Positions 8,613-19,000 of a stretch of 19,042 nt of DNA are shown in pieces. The position numbers and the translations under genes are program-made. Within the stretch, counting starts at the first letter, position 1. Every line of letters begins with the position of its first letter. The stretch spans positions 1-19,042 of the forward strand of contig NW_021823990.1 in NCBI RefSeq assembly GCF_006345805.1, in the 5' to 3' direction. This stretch comes from Octopus sinensis. Lineage: Eukaryota. The notes beneath the pieces were generated by a model. It saw nothing but the letters and a program-made list of their open reading frames with translations, searched no databases and was not told the origin of the DNA.

Positions 8613-9637
8613 CACAGATATTCCGTAAGTGAATAGACACCTTTAATTTTCAAAATTAATACCTAAATATCTCAATATCTTTTCAGCGGTGTAGAATTTA
8701 CAATGTTATTATCCATTTGTCATTCCAGGTGCCATTATACTAAACATTTGCGAAGAGTAACTATGCCACGCGCAAAAAATTCAGAAGAACTGTAAGATTT
8801 TCTAAGATGTTGTATTGTTGGGCAATCTGAGGCTGGTCTTAGTCATCGAAAAATTGCAGAAATCTTTCAAATTCTTCTTGCTACTGTTGATAGAATTATA
8901 GTGAAATTCAAAAGCCAAAGAAAAGAATCAATAGATTCTCATCCCGGCTGACTTGTGCCTAGGAAAGGAAGCTTCGTTGTTTGAAGAGAATTGAGGAAAA
9001 CGAACCCCGTTCGAAGGCTTCTGACATTGCAAAACAGCTAGAATTTAGTCCAAGAATGTGTGTTATATATCTGCATAAGCTTGGGTATTATGGAAGAGCA
9101 GCTAGTGGAAAACCTTACATTCAAGCAATTAATATTACGAAAAAAAGAAAAAAAAGGAAATGGGCTAAGGAGATGTCAGAAAAATCCAGTTCATTTGGGA
9201 TAGAGTGATTTTCTCAGATGAATCCAGATTTGCATTATTTTCAGACAGTGCACGTGATTGGGTCTGGAGGCTTCCCAATCAAGAATTTAATTTGTATCTG
9301 TATGAGGAGCTGTCACCAGCAATGGTCGTTCTGCGCTGATCGAATGTGTTGGAGCCATAAACTCTGAAAAATACATCGAAATACTTAAGCAAGGATTATT
9401 TCAGATGTATTCACACGAAAACATAACGAAAAATGAGTTTTTATTCATGGAAGATGGGGCTCCATGCCACACAGCGAAAATGGCTGACTGAAAATAGGAT
9501 CAAAAACCATTCTTGGCCGAGCCAATCTCCTGACATGAATCCAACTGAAAATTTTTGGAGCATACTAGATAGACCTATGCGAAAAACTCGATAGAAACCA
9601 AAATCTAAAGATGAATTGTTTCGATTGTTGCGTGGAA
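8613..9637 (+). mobile_element. Tc1-like DNA transposon, 3'-truncated (no right TIR found)
   Basis: The putative left end is TA|CACAGATATTCCGTAAGTGAATAGACACC, followed by a transposase pseudogene from 8763. I did not find the reverse-complement TIR anywhere in the window, so the left end is inferred. Confidence 0.8.
8763..9637 (+). pseudogene. Tc1-family transposase pseudogene (DD34E-type)
   Basis: MPRAKNSEEL*DFLRCCIVGQSEAGLSHRKIAEIF (HTH-like), WDRVIFSDESRF (D at 9217), FMEDGAPCHTAK (D at 9453) and WPSQSPDMNPTENFW (E at 9547). D-to-E spacing is 30 codons plus 1 nt, which equals 34 if an 11-nt deletion at about 9480 is restored. Several stops and frameshifts are present, and the C-terminal roughly 30 aa are missing. 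Confidence 0.92.
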
Positions 9638-9681
9638 ATATACTGTATATACTTATTTATATCTTATTATATATTACCCAT

Positions 9682-9722
9682 ATTTATTATTATTATTATC
9701 ATTATTATTATTATTATTATTA
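9682..9722. repeat. (ATT)n array, tail/target of Dong copy 2
   Basis: Direct reading. It abuts the 3' end of the minus-strand LINE. Confidence 0.93.
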
Positions 9723-10963
9723 CTTTTTTTTTTCTTCTTTCAAATTTTCTTCCATTTCTTGCCGAGTGTCTTCCCGACTCCTAGGGCAAAGAAACTCATA
9801 GTGTATATTGGTAGGCCATTAAACCAAACTCAGTAGTTCGTTAATTTTTTTTTTTTTTTTAAAGTTAAATTAAAATGCATGAGCAGCAACAGTTCTCACA
9901 TCGACAATGCTCTTCTCAATACGTGTGATGTACCAGTTAAGACAATCTTTTGCACTTCTTGCAGGGATGGTAAGCCAGGGATCATTCTCATATAATTTTC
10001 GGTTCCCTTCTTGATCATTCCTAGTGCTCCTACGATCACTGGTATTGTAACCGCCTTGAGATGCCACATTTTTTCAATTTCAATGAGTAGGTCTTTATAT
10101 TTTCTGAGCTTGTCAAACTCTTTCGCTGAGATATTATGATCAAAGGGGAGGCTCATGTCGATCAATAAGCAAACTTTATTGTTTTGGTCTTTCACAACAA
10201 TATCTGGTTTATTGGCCTTGATGGTTCGGTCTGTATGTACTGGAAAGTCCCACAGAATGGTTACATTTTCTCCTTCAGTTACAGCCTCAGGGTGGTGATT
10301 ATACCACTTGTCGGCAGTTTTGATATTGTAATGCCGACTTATTAGCCAGTGGAGATATTGGCCAACTCTGTCATGTCTTAATTTATACTCCACTGGTGCT
10401 AAGACTTTACATCCAGAGATTAGGTGGTCCACTGTTTCAATCATGTCGTTGCAGAATCGGCATTTTGGGTCTGCTCCATTTTTCATCACATTGGCCTGGT
10501 AGTTCCGGGTTGATAGGCTTTGGTCTTGAGCAGCCAGGATGAAACCTTCGCTCTCTGCTTTTAGCCCTGAGCTCCGCAGCCACTGATGGGTTTGCTTCTG
10601 GTCAACATCAGCTTGTTTGCTGCGGGTCACATATTTGCCGTGCAGAGGTTTCTCCTCCCACCTATCAGCCAATTGCTCGTGCGCTTTTTTCATTGCCATC
10701 ATTTTCACCTTCTTTGCAGCAATAGTTGCCGTACTTCCCTCGGGTTGTTCAGTTTGGGTATCCTGCACGAGATCAATAGCAAATTTTTTGCTTTCCTTGA
10801 TGATAGAATGAAGCTTCTTTCGTCTCTCGTGATTTTCCACGAGCTTTAGCATCCAGTCATTCGATATTTCGAGATATTTGGCCAGTCCAATTGTGGTTGT
10901 TTTGTAAGCTAGTTCAAATTGGATCAGGCCTCGACCTCCTTGGGCTCTGGGAAGGTAAAGGCG
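9723..10963 (-). mobile_element. 5'-truncated R4/Dong-clade non-LTR retrotransposon (copy 2) with RLE endonuclease; probably the youngest coding copy
   Basis: An uninterrupted frame runs from RLYLPRAQGGRGL through the CCHC knuckle CRFC-x8-H-x4-C (about 10462-10410), RHD, KPDIVV...LLIDMS and KLRKYKDL to HVLRRALSM* (stop 9896-9898). A 173-nt 3' UTR follows, and (TAA)n flanks both sides. These motifs and the (TAA)n target are established features of R4/Dong elements. Confidence 0.95.
9896..10963 (-). CDS. C-terminal part of the Dong/R4 ORF (post-RT region, zinc knuckle, PD-(D/E)xK restriction-like endonuclease); no RT core and no native start codon
   Basis: Supplied ORF 9896..11083 minus its first 40 codons, which come from the neighbouring UTR and the (AAT)n array. 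About 355 codons without a stop. Confidence 0.85.
   Translation of the reverse strand, partial: RLYLPRAQGGRGLIQFELAYKTTTIGLAKYLEISNDWMLKLVENHERRKKLHSIIKESKKFAIDLVQDTQTEQPEGSTATIAAKKVKMMAMKKAHEQLADRWEEKPLHGKYVTRSKQADVDQKQTHQWLRSSGLKAESEGFILAAQDQSLSTRNYQANVMKNGADPKCRFCNDMIETVDHLISGCKVLAPVEYKLRHDRVGQYLHWLISRHYNIKTADKWYNHHPEAVTEGENVTILWDFPVHTDRTIKANKPDIVVKDQNNKVCLLIDMSLPFDHNISAKEFDKLRKYKDLLIEIEKMWHLKAVTIPVIVGALGMIKKGTENYMRMIPGLPSLQEVQKIVLTGTSHVLRRALSM

Positions 10964-11025
<62 letters not shown>
10964..11025. repeat. (ATT)n array of about 20 units between Dong copies 2 and 3
   Basis: Direct reading. It translates as the poly-Asn in ORF 9896..11083. Confidence 0.97.
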
Positions 11026-11228
11026 GTTTTTTCCTTCTTTCTTCAATTTTTCTTCCCTTTCTCTCCGAGTGTTTTCCATACACCTAGGGCAGAGAAGGGC
11101 ATTGTATGCATTCGCAGATTACACGCGCAAATTCACAGATAAAATATGTATTTAAAAATTAATAAATAAATAAATTCATGGATGGATGTTATTTTCACAG
11201 CGATAGTGCTCTTCTCAATACATGGGCC
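11026..11228 (-). mobile_element. Very short 5'-truncated R4/Dong copy 3 (different subfamily): last 10 codons plus 3' UTR
   Basis: The minus strand reads GCC CAT GTA TTG AGA AGA GCA CTA TCG CTG TGA = AHVLRRALSL* (stop 11195-11197), versus HVLRRALSM* in copy 2. Its UTR hairpin is homologous to that of copy 2, and (TAA)n flanks both sides. Confidence 0.9.
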
Positions 11229-11341
<113 letters not shown>

Positions 11342-11796
11342 TCATTGGTTACAATTAAACCGTTTTTTTCAACGATTTAGTGGCTTTATACATCATTATA
11401 TATCTACAACACATGTCGGAAAACTGTTACCTAAAGACATCATCTGAATGAGTGCATGCATTTTCGATGCCGATATATGAGAGAAGTGTGAAAACGGAAG
11501 GTAAGTGGTGCCATCGAGCTGCTGGCATAAGAAGAAATTTGTCTCTAACAGCACCTTCATCTTGAATATAACGACTCCAAACTATACAAATTCTGAACGG
11601 CACATTCAACAACGTTATTTTCCGTCCTACGGTATTCCTAGAATGTCACAACCTATTAGAATCTAATAATTATATAACGACAAGCAAATTCTGGCCCTAA
11701 TATTACAAGCATTATTTGTAATCATGTGCTATATGACAACATTAATTATCAAGTAAAATTGGATTTGGGTTTAATTAATTTAGTAAAACCTAGATC

Positions 11797-12008
11797 AAGT
11801 ATCCGTACCCGTAATGTTTTGTAGGAATACTGTCAAAATTCCAAACATTAAAAATGTAAAGATAGAGCAATTGCAAAAATCTTATTGGATTGCTTAGAAC
11901 TGCAAGATTTCTCCGTAAGGTTCTTGAAGTGTCATGTTAGTTTACTGGTTGCTTTACAGCTTAAACTTTCTAGCATACCCAGCAAATTAAGCTGAAAATT
12001 TCCATTAG
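11797..12008 (+). mobile_element. Decayed 3' end of an R4/Dong-like LINE (copy 4)
   Basis: The frameshifted translation VSVPV...KIEQLQKS / LLRTARFLRKVLEV parallels VQKIVLTGTSHVLRRALS (copy 2) and TALLETYRILLMVLEK (copy 6). The UTR TTAGTTTACTGGTTG resembles copy 6 TTAGTTCACTGGTTG. It ends at an (AAT/GAT)n array. Confidence 0.7.
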
Positions 12009-12060
12009 AATAATGATGATGATGATGATGATAATAATAATAACAATAATAATAATGATG

Positions 12061-12132
<72 letters not shown>

Positions 12133-12183
12133 TTAATACTACTACAACAACAACTACTACTACTACTACTACTACTACTATTG

Positions 12184-12214
<31 letters not shown>

Positions 12215-12278
12215 ACTACTACTACTACTACTACAAATAATAATAATAATAATAATAATGATGATGATGATGATGATA
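12009..12278. repeat. Compound (GAT)n/(AAT)n/(CAA)n/(CTA)n microsatellite
   Basis: Direct reading. Confidence 0.95.
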
Positions 12279-12499
12279 AATTCTTTATTGACCAAAAAGT
12301 TTTTACGTCAAGAAAAAGATTATACTTGACACATGACAAACCATTGAATGTGTGTATGTGTGTGCGTGTGTGTTATTGTGATGGTTTTGCGTGTAAACAG
12401 GTTTGATGTAAAAAAAACGAACAAACAAAAACATTTTCACCAATGTGTAATCATCAATAGGAAGGAGACGTACACAGCCTAGTCATAGAAATATACGAT

Positions 12500-13500
12500 A
12501 AAACGACGGGTGCCCTGATTTCCGGGGCCAGTCCCTTTTCTCACTTTCGCATCTCCGATTACTGGCGTATACTCAGGGCAGGCCTATTCACTCGCTCCCT
12601 ACTCGCCAATCTCATATGCTTTTCAGCAAAATGGCTCGAAGGTAACATTTCCTTCTCCACCCGTATTTTCCTCTTCAAATGAAATTTGAAGAAGTTGATG
12701 AGAGATTGACCAAAATAGAGGATGTTTGTCTCCAGGTCCTTTAATTGCATCTACGATACACTCTCTTTTGGCACGGTCACCAGGCGTAAAAATACTGCAT
12801 GCCCTTCTCTATTAAAAGTAGGGAGTGGGCCGACCTTCTCGATATATTCAGTTGACGGCGGATCCCTTTCACACGCATCAACAGGAGCTCGACATAAACC
12901 CACAGGTTAACAATGCTCGGACACAGGATGAGTGTATGTTGGACGGTTTGTTTCCCTACGTAAATCACGAGCATTTTCGGCTGACGGCACTTCCGTGCCT
13001 GTAGGTTTATCTCGCACAGGCAAAGCTCCCCCGTAGCACTGTCAGGCCAATGATCTTTGGCAGCTATCCATCGGGCCGGGGTCGAAATTTCTCTGGAAAA
13101 GAGCGGCTAGTTGAACTTTCTCGACACCCAGTGTCTTACCAAGAACATCGTCGTACTTTTCCTCCACTAATCCTGCAGAGACGCTAAAGTGGACATTCCG
13201 CCTATCCCTGTGTCCGACTGGCCGAGGGCTGTGAGCGCTTGAAGATGTTGTACTTTTCAAATGCTTTCTCTCGGTCTCTATTTGCTGGGCTACAACACCA
13301 TAAAGGAGGCTAGCTGCCGAAACACGTGTTTAGCGAATAGCGACGTCACCTGTTCTCCGCTACGGAATAGCTGGAGATGTCTTAGCCTTAGTGTATCTTT
13401 GCTAATAATCAGCACGCAACGGGTGTTGATAGCAGTGAGAGTTTCTAATCTAGACAAAATGACAGCAGTTAAAGACACGCTACCTGCATTCAAGCAAAAC
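12500..13500 (-). mobile_element. Decayed 3' fragment of an L1/Tx1-like non-LTR retrotransposon ORF2 (zf-RVT and CCHC region) with 3' UTR
   Basis: GC-richer island. Broken minus frames give LRLRHLQLF..EQV..FAKHVF, RSLA*QCYGGALPVRDK (W-x5-LP-x-RD pattern), an eroded knuckle ..TVQHTLILCPSIVNLWVYVE, and GQSLINFFKFHLKRKIRVEKE...* (stop at 12559). Ends are approximate. Confidence 0.75.
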
Positions 13501-13880
13501 ATAATTTCTCGTAAGAACTTTTTCTGAGAGTTTTTCTGGAAGGCATTGCAGTATGAAGCATCGTTAATTACGATGTCTAATGTAGTCTACGTCGGTGAAT
13601 ATAAGTGGAGTGTTGGTATTGTATTGAATTAGGAAATATTTAAACAAAAAATAACATCAGGAAGATTTCGCGAATGTTGAACTTTAAAAAATGGCGATGC
13701 ACCATTAGACTAAATATATACATATAGACACGTAGTCATACACGAGCATATATACATTTAAGTCTGTAGCTATATATTATATACGTGAAAGGTTGTACTC
13801 ACACACGCGCGCGCGCAAACACACACGTATGTGTGAGTACAACCTTTCACACACATGTAGAAATATTTAATAATAACAAT

Positions 13881-15256
13881 AAATGTGCCAAGGCCACTTT
13901 CCAGAAAGGAAAATTGAAGACTTCACATTCAGTGCTGTTAGATCTCAATACATTTATAATAGAACTTCAGTAGGAATACACAAATACTTCGGAATGGCAA
14001 GCATGAAAGAAACGATGACGAAGGGAGGTTACAGGAGAGTTTGAGTACTCCTCAAACTCGAGTTAAATGCATGTAGCTACGTTTTAGCTATAAATTCTTG
14101 AGCAGTCCTAGTTGTTATTTACACTTACAATGTGTTGGACTGGAATATGAGCAAAACGGAAGATTGACAAGAAAATCCGAAAGCTGCTGGCGTGCAACTA
14201 GATGCATTTCCAAAAGGCAGACGCAGACCGTCTTTACAAATCCAGAACCCAGGGAAGACGAGGACCGATTGAATTTGAAATCTCTTACAAAACAATCACA
14301 ACTGGACTGGCAAAATCTCATGAAATATCTAACGATTGGATGCTAAAACTTATTGAAAACCACGATAGACATAAGAAGCATCATTCTGAAAAGAAAGGGA
14401 GCAAAACATTTGCTGTGTTCATGCTGGAAATGCGGCAATGGTTGTTGCAAAGAAAGCCAAAATCAATGGCTAAGCAATAAGACTTGAACAATTGGTTGAT
14501 ATGTGGGAACAAAAACCTCTGCACCACAAATATGTGGCTCCTAGCAAACAAACTGATATAGACCAGAAAGACATGCATCAGTGGCTAAGAAAATTAGGAC
14601 TAAAGACAAAGAGTGGAGGCTTTATCTTAACTGCTCAAGATTTGAGCTCATTGACCTGTAACCATCGAGCTAATGTGATTAAAAATGAAGTAGACCCAAA
14701 GTGCCGATACTGCAACAATGAGGCTGAAACAGTGGACTACCTAATCGTTTGGTGTAAAAGTTTTAGCATCTATGGAGTACAAATCAAGTCCAGGAAGAAT
14801 TTGGCCAAATATCTATACTATGTCAGCATTATAAAATCAAAACTGCTGACAAATACTACAAGCACCACCCTGAAGCTGTTACTGAAGGAGAAAATGTAAC
14901 GATGATCCTTTGAGACTTTCCAGTATGTACAGAACGGACCAACAAAGCTAATGAACCGGATATTGTTGTGAAATACCAAATCCACGAAGTACATTTGTTG
15001 ATTAACATGAGAATTTCTTGTGATCATAACATCTAGGGAATATAAATTTTTTAAACTCAGAAAATATAAAGATTTATTGATTGAAATAATATTAAAAAAG
15101 GCAACTCAAGACTTTTACAATACCAGTGATTATAGGAACACTTGGAATGATCAAAAAAGGAACTGAAAATGTTTTAAGGATGATCCCATCCAAGTAGTCA
15201 AACAGATTGTTTTAACTGGTACGTTACACGTATTTGGAAGGGCATTGTTGCTATGA
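13881..15256 (+). mobile_element. Old, frameshifted 5'-truncated R4/Dong copy 5 (same lineage as copy 2), 3' UTR missing
   Basis: KCAKATFQKGKL (RT C-terminal end), YRRV*VLLKLELNA...AINS, KADADRLYKSRTQGRRG, KPLHHKY, CRYCNNEAETVDYL, PDIVVK, and GTLHVFGRALLL* (stop 15254-15256). It is collinear with copy 2 from 14229 at roughly three-quarters nucleotide identity by eye, and is preceded by a short TAATAATAACAAT remnant (13868-13880). Confidence 0.92.
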
Positions 15257-15359
15257 TTTTCTGCCTTTTTCTCCCTATACTTTTTCTTTTTTTTTGGCCC
15301 TTTTAAAATTTTGTCTTCTCTGGTTTTTCTTTATTTATTCCCCTTTTTTTTCTATCACA

Positions 15360-15684
15360 AGCTGGATCATAGATATAGCATGCTCAGCTGACAACAAGGT
15401 ATGCGATCAGGAAGAAAGAAATGTCGACAGGTACGAGAGAATAGTTTGGGAGGTTAAAAAGTTGTGGTCGATGAAAAACGTGGTAGTAGTACCAATAACT
15501 GTCGGAGATATAGGAACACTGAGTAAAAATCTTGCGAATACGAGTGTAGTACTTACAATAAACAGCACTGCTTGAAACCTATCGTATACTCCTGATGGTG
15601 CTCGAAAAATATGGGGTGTTACCTTAGTTCACTGGTTGTGATTAGCTGACGCTCTAGTACATCTCCAGCGCTATAAGCTGTGCA

Positions 15685-15685
<1 letters not shown>
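15360..15685 (+). mobile_element. 5'-truncated R4/Dong copy 6 (another subfamily): RLE C-terminus plus 3' UTR
   Basis: WIIDIACSADNKVCDQEERNVDRYERIVWEVKKLWSMKNVVVVPITVGDIGT, then frameshifted YLQ*TALLETYRILLMVLEK. A UTR hairpin lies at 15614-15654 and the (AAT)n tail starts at 15686. Confidence 0.88.
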
Positions 15686-15728
<43 letters not shown>

Positions 15729-15786
15729 TACAATAATAATAATAATAATAATGATGATGACAATAATGATGATAATAATAATAATG

Positions 15787-15825
<39 letters not shown>

Positions 15826-15850
15826 TAATAATAATAATAATAATAATAAT
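15686..15850. repeat. (AAT)n array with GAT/AAC variants; tail of copy 6 and target of copy 7
   Basis: Direct reading. Confidence 0.96.
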
Positions 15851-15990
15851 TTAACTTAAAAACAAAACAACTGAACGAGCTATTGAGTTTAGTTTAATGG
15901 CCTACCAATGTATACTATGAGTTTCTTTGCCTTAGGAGTCGGGAAGACACTCGGCAAGAAATGGAAACAAATTTGAAAGAAGAAAAAAAA
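15851..15990 (+). mobile_element. 3'-UTR-only R4/Dong copy 7, same subfamily as copy 2
   Basis: Reverse complement of about 9724-9870, with about 9 differences in about 117 aligned nt by eye (about 92%). A short TAATAATAGTAATAAT tail starts at 15991. Confidence 0.93.
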
Positions 15991-16339
15991 TAATAATAGT
16001 AATAATGATTTCCATGTATTCATATTTTTAAAGCTAGAGAAAAAACAAATTAGCGAGGACACATGACTAGAATCTTGTCCCCAAGACACACATATAGCCA
16101 CACACACATACACTGAACCACAAAAGTTAGAAGATTGTCGTTAGCGTGGAAGTTAGAATTCTTGTATATTTTGTTGGGAGATCTTTTCACACAATCTATA
16201 GCTATTCAATTGGAAATATATAGAAATTGCCTGATTGGATTAAGGATCGATTCAATCTTAACTCAGATTAGCTATGGATAAATTGTTTCCATTTATTAGA
16301 CGGAATACAATAACAATATTAATAAAAAAATATTATTGA

Positions 16340-16377
16340 TATTATTATCATTATTATTACTATTCATATTATTATTA

Positions 16378-16441
<64 letters not shown>
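16340..16441. repeat. (ATT)n microsatellite
   Basis: Direct reading. Confidence 0.96.
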
Positions 16442-16699
16442 GGTGTTGTTATTATGAGATGAAGGAAAAATGCGAAGAGAAGACGACATTCATATTAATA
16501 ATAACATTACCAAAATTTCATTAATAATCGTTTTAGTAATAGTAATCTATACACAGTAGTCAAGAATATATGAATCGTTTGGTATATATACAAAACAAAT
16601 AGATGTGAACAAATGCATTTACAGACATACGCAGAGTTATGAATGTATATGCATCTATGGAGATAAAAAGAAACAGATAGCAACCTATTTACAAGCACT

Positions 16700-16783
16700 T
16701 ACGTATATATATATATACATATTATATATGTATACATATATATATACATATGTATATGTATGTATATATATATATATGTATTG

Positions 16784-16823
<40 letters not shown>

Positions 16824-17017
16824 TTATATATGTATATGTATATGTATGTATATATATATATATTTATATATGCATATATATATACATACATATATATATA
16901 TATATGTATACTATATACTTATATTTATATATATATATATATATATTTATATGTATATAATCGTTTATATGTATATATATATATATATACACACACACAA
17001 TATATATATATGTATAC

Positions 17018-17053
<36 letters not shown>

Positions 17054-17060
17054 GTATACG

Positions 17061-17092
<32 letters not shown>

Positions 17093-17291
17093 TATACGCA
17101 TATATATATGTATATGTTGTCTATAGACGTATGCATAACACAATAAATATAAACAAATGGATGACTGCAGGATGTAGGCTTGAACAACGAGTATACTAGT
17201 ATATATCAACGTGCATTTGTATATACATAACGTCCTGCATATATATATATATATTTATACAAATGTATATATATTATATATATAATTGATA

Positions 17292-17325
<34 letters not shown>

Positions 17326-18848
17326 ATCTACAATTATGTTTCTTAATCCAATTATACCGACATATAGACACAGATAATTCTATTATGATTTCATATCCAT
17401 ATACACATTTTATAAATTTTCTGAAAAGAAAATACATTCGTAATAAGTATACAATACATGAATACATACAAAAGCATGCATTTTTACACTCTCCTTCTCT
17501 ATCTCAGGATCTCTATATTTCTCTCTCTCTCACTCAGTCCATCTATCGCTCTCTCTCTCTTTGTCTCCTTTTCAAATCACACACAGACACACTCATATAT
17601 GAATGTATATATAAGCAGAGACACATACAGATATGCACATATATACATACATATGCATGTAGGCAATTACATATGCATAGGGCTTGCACAAAAACTGCAT
17701 ATATATATATATACATTACATACATACATACATATATGTATGTTGTATATATATATATATACAAATATGTATGTATATATATGTATATATATATATATGT
17801 ATATATATATATGTATATATATAATATATATATTATATATATATATATATAATATATATAATATATATACATTCATGCATATATACATACATATATACAC
17901 ATTCATATGCTGTTTTTTCGTTTGTTTCTCATCCAATAACAACAACGCTCAATGTATTCCTATTGGATACATATATAAGTTTGTATGTTCATATATATAT
18001 ATATATATATATGTATATATCCTTCATTTTATTCCTTTCTCTCTTGTACATATATATTATATTATACGTATACGATAATTTATACACACACATATATCTT
18101 TACATATCTATATATTTTTACATGTACATCTTATCTATTATCTATCTATCCATGTACTCACTTATATACAGATATATGTATATATTAATGCATACAAAAT
18201 GGAAGTAAGAGAGAAAGAGATAGAGAGAGAGAGAGAATTCGGTGAGACAAACAGATACAGTGAAGAATGGCTAGAGTGGGAGTGACAGATGCAATCGCAA
18301 ACTGAGAAAGAGAGAAAGAAATGAATGAACGCAGGAAAGGAACAAGGCTAAAAGAGAAAGCCGGGAAAGAAAGAGATTCACAACTATTGTACATGTACCA
18401 GGCTGTATAATTTCATTTCTGGCTTTCTTTTCATGAATTTCATTTAATTGTAAAACTGATTTTCAATAATATTTCTGCCTGAGTGCGTTGAATTTAATAT
18501 GGCGAAACGTGCACGCGAAATAAGGTTACCGCATTGCCAGAGAACGACTCGGAACATTTCGTTGTATTTCGTTTAATATATTTATTAATTTTGTGCATAT
18601 TGGCATATACATATACGCATATATATATACATATATATACGTATATATATATTAAATATATGTGTGTTGATATAAACGTCAACGCGTATCTGTGTATGAA
18701 TGTATTTATGTTGTTGTGTGTGTAGTGTTTTATTGTTTCACCACGAAACAAAAGTTCTGTCACATCTCTACCATTTCGTAATTGTGAAGGACTTAATGCT
18801 GCTGCGTAAGATATGCATTTACATACAAATTGTGGGCTCCGATATACA

Positions 18849-18903
<55 letters not shown>

Positions 18904-18960
18904 TGGTATACATATATATATGTATGTATATATATATGTATGTTATATATTATATATATG

Positions 18961-19000
<40 letters not shown>

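Noticed and set aside
10964-11083. N-terminus of ORF 9896..11083 as a genuine poly-Asn protein start
   Set aside because: These 40 codons are the 3' UTR of copy 3 plus the (AAT)n array, so the ORF is a chimera rather than a host gene.
12005-12295. Poly-I/V/L and poly-M/I/Q/L ORFs resembling membrane or polyQ proteins
   Set aside because: They are translations of a compound trinucleotide microsatellite.
18728-18813. Possible exon ending at GCTGC|GTAAGA
   Set aside because: The acceptor is poor or ambiguous and the peptide is unrecognised, so support is too weak to report.
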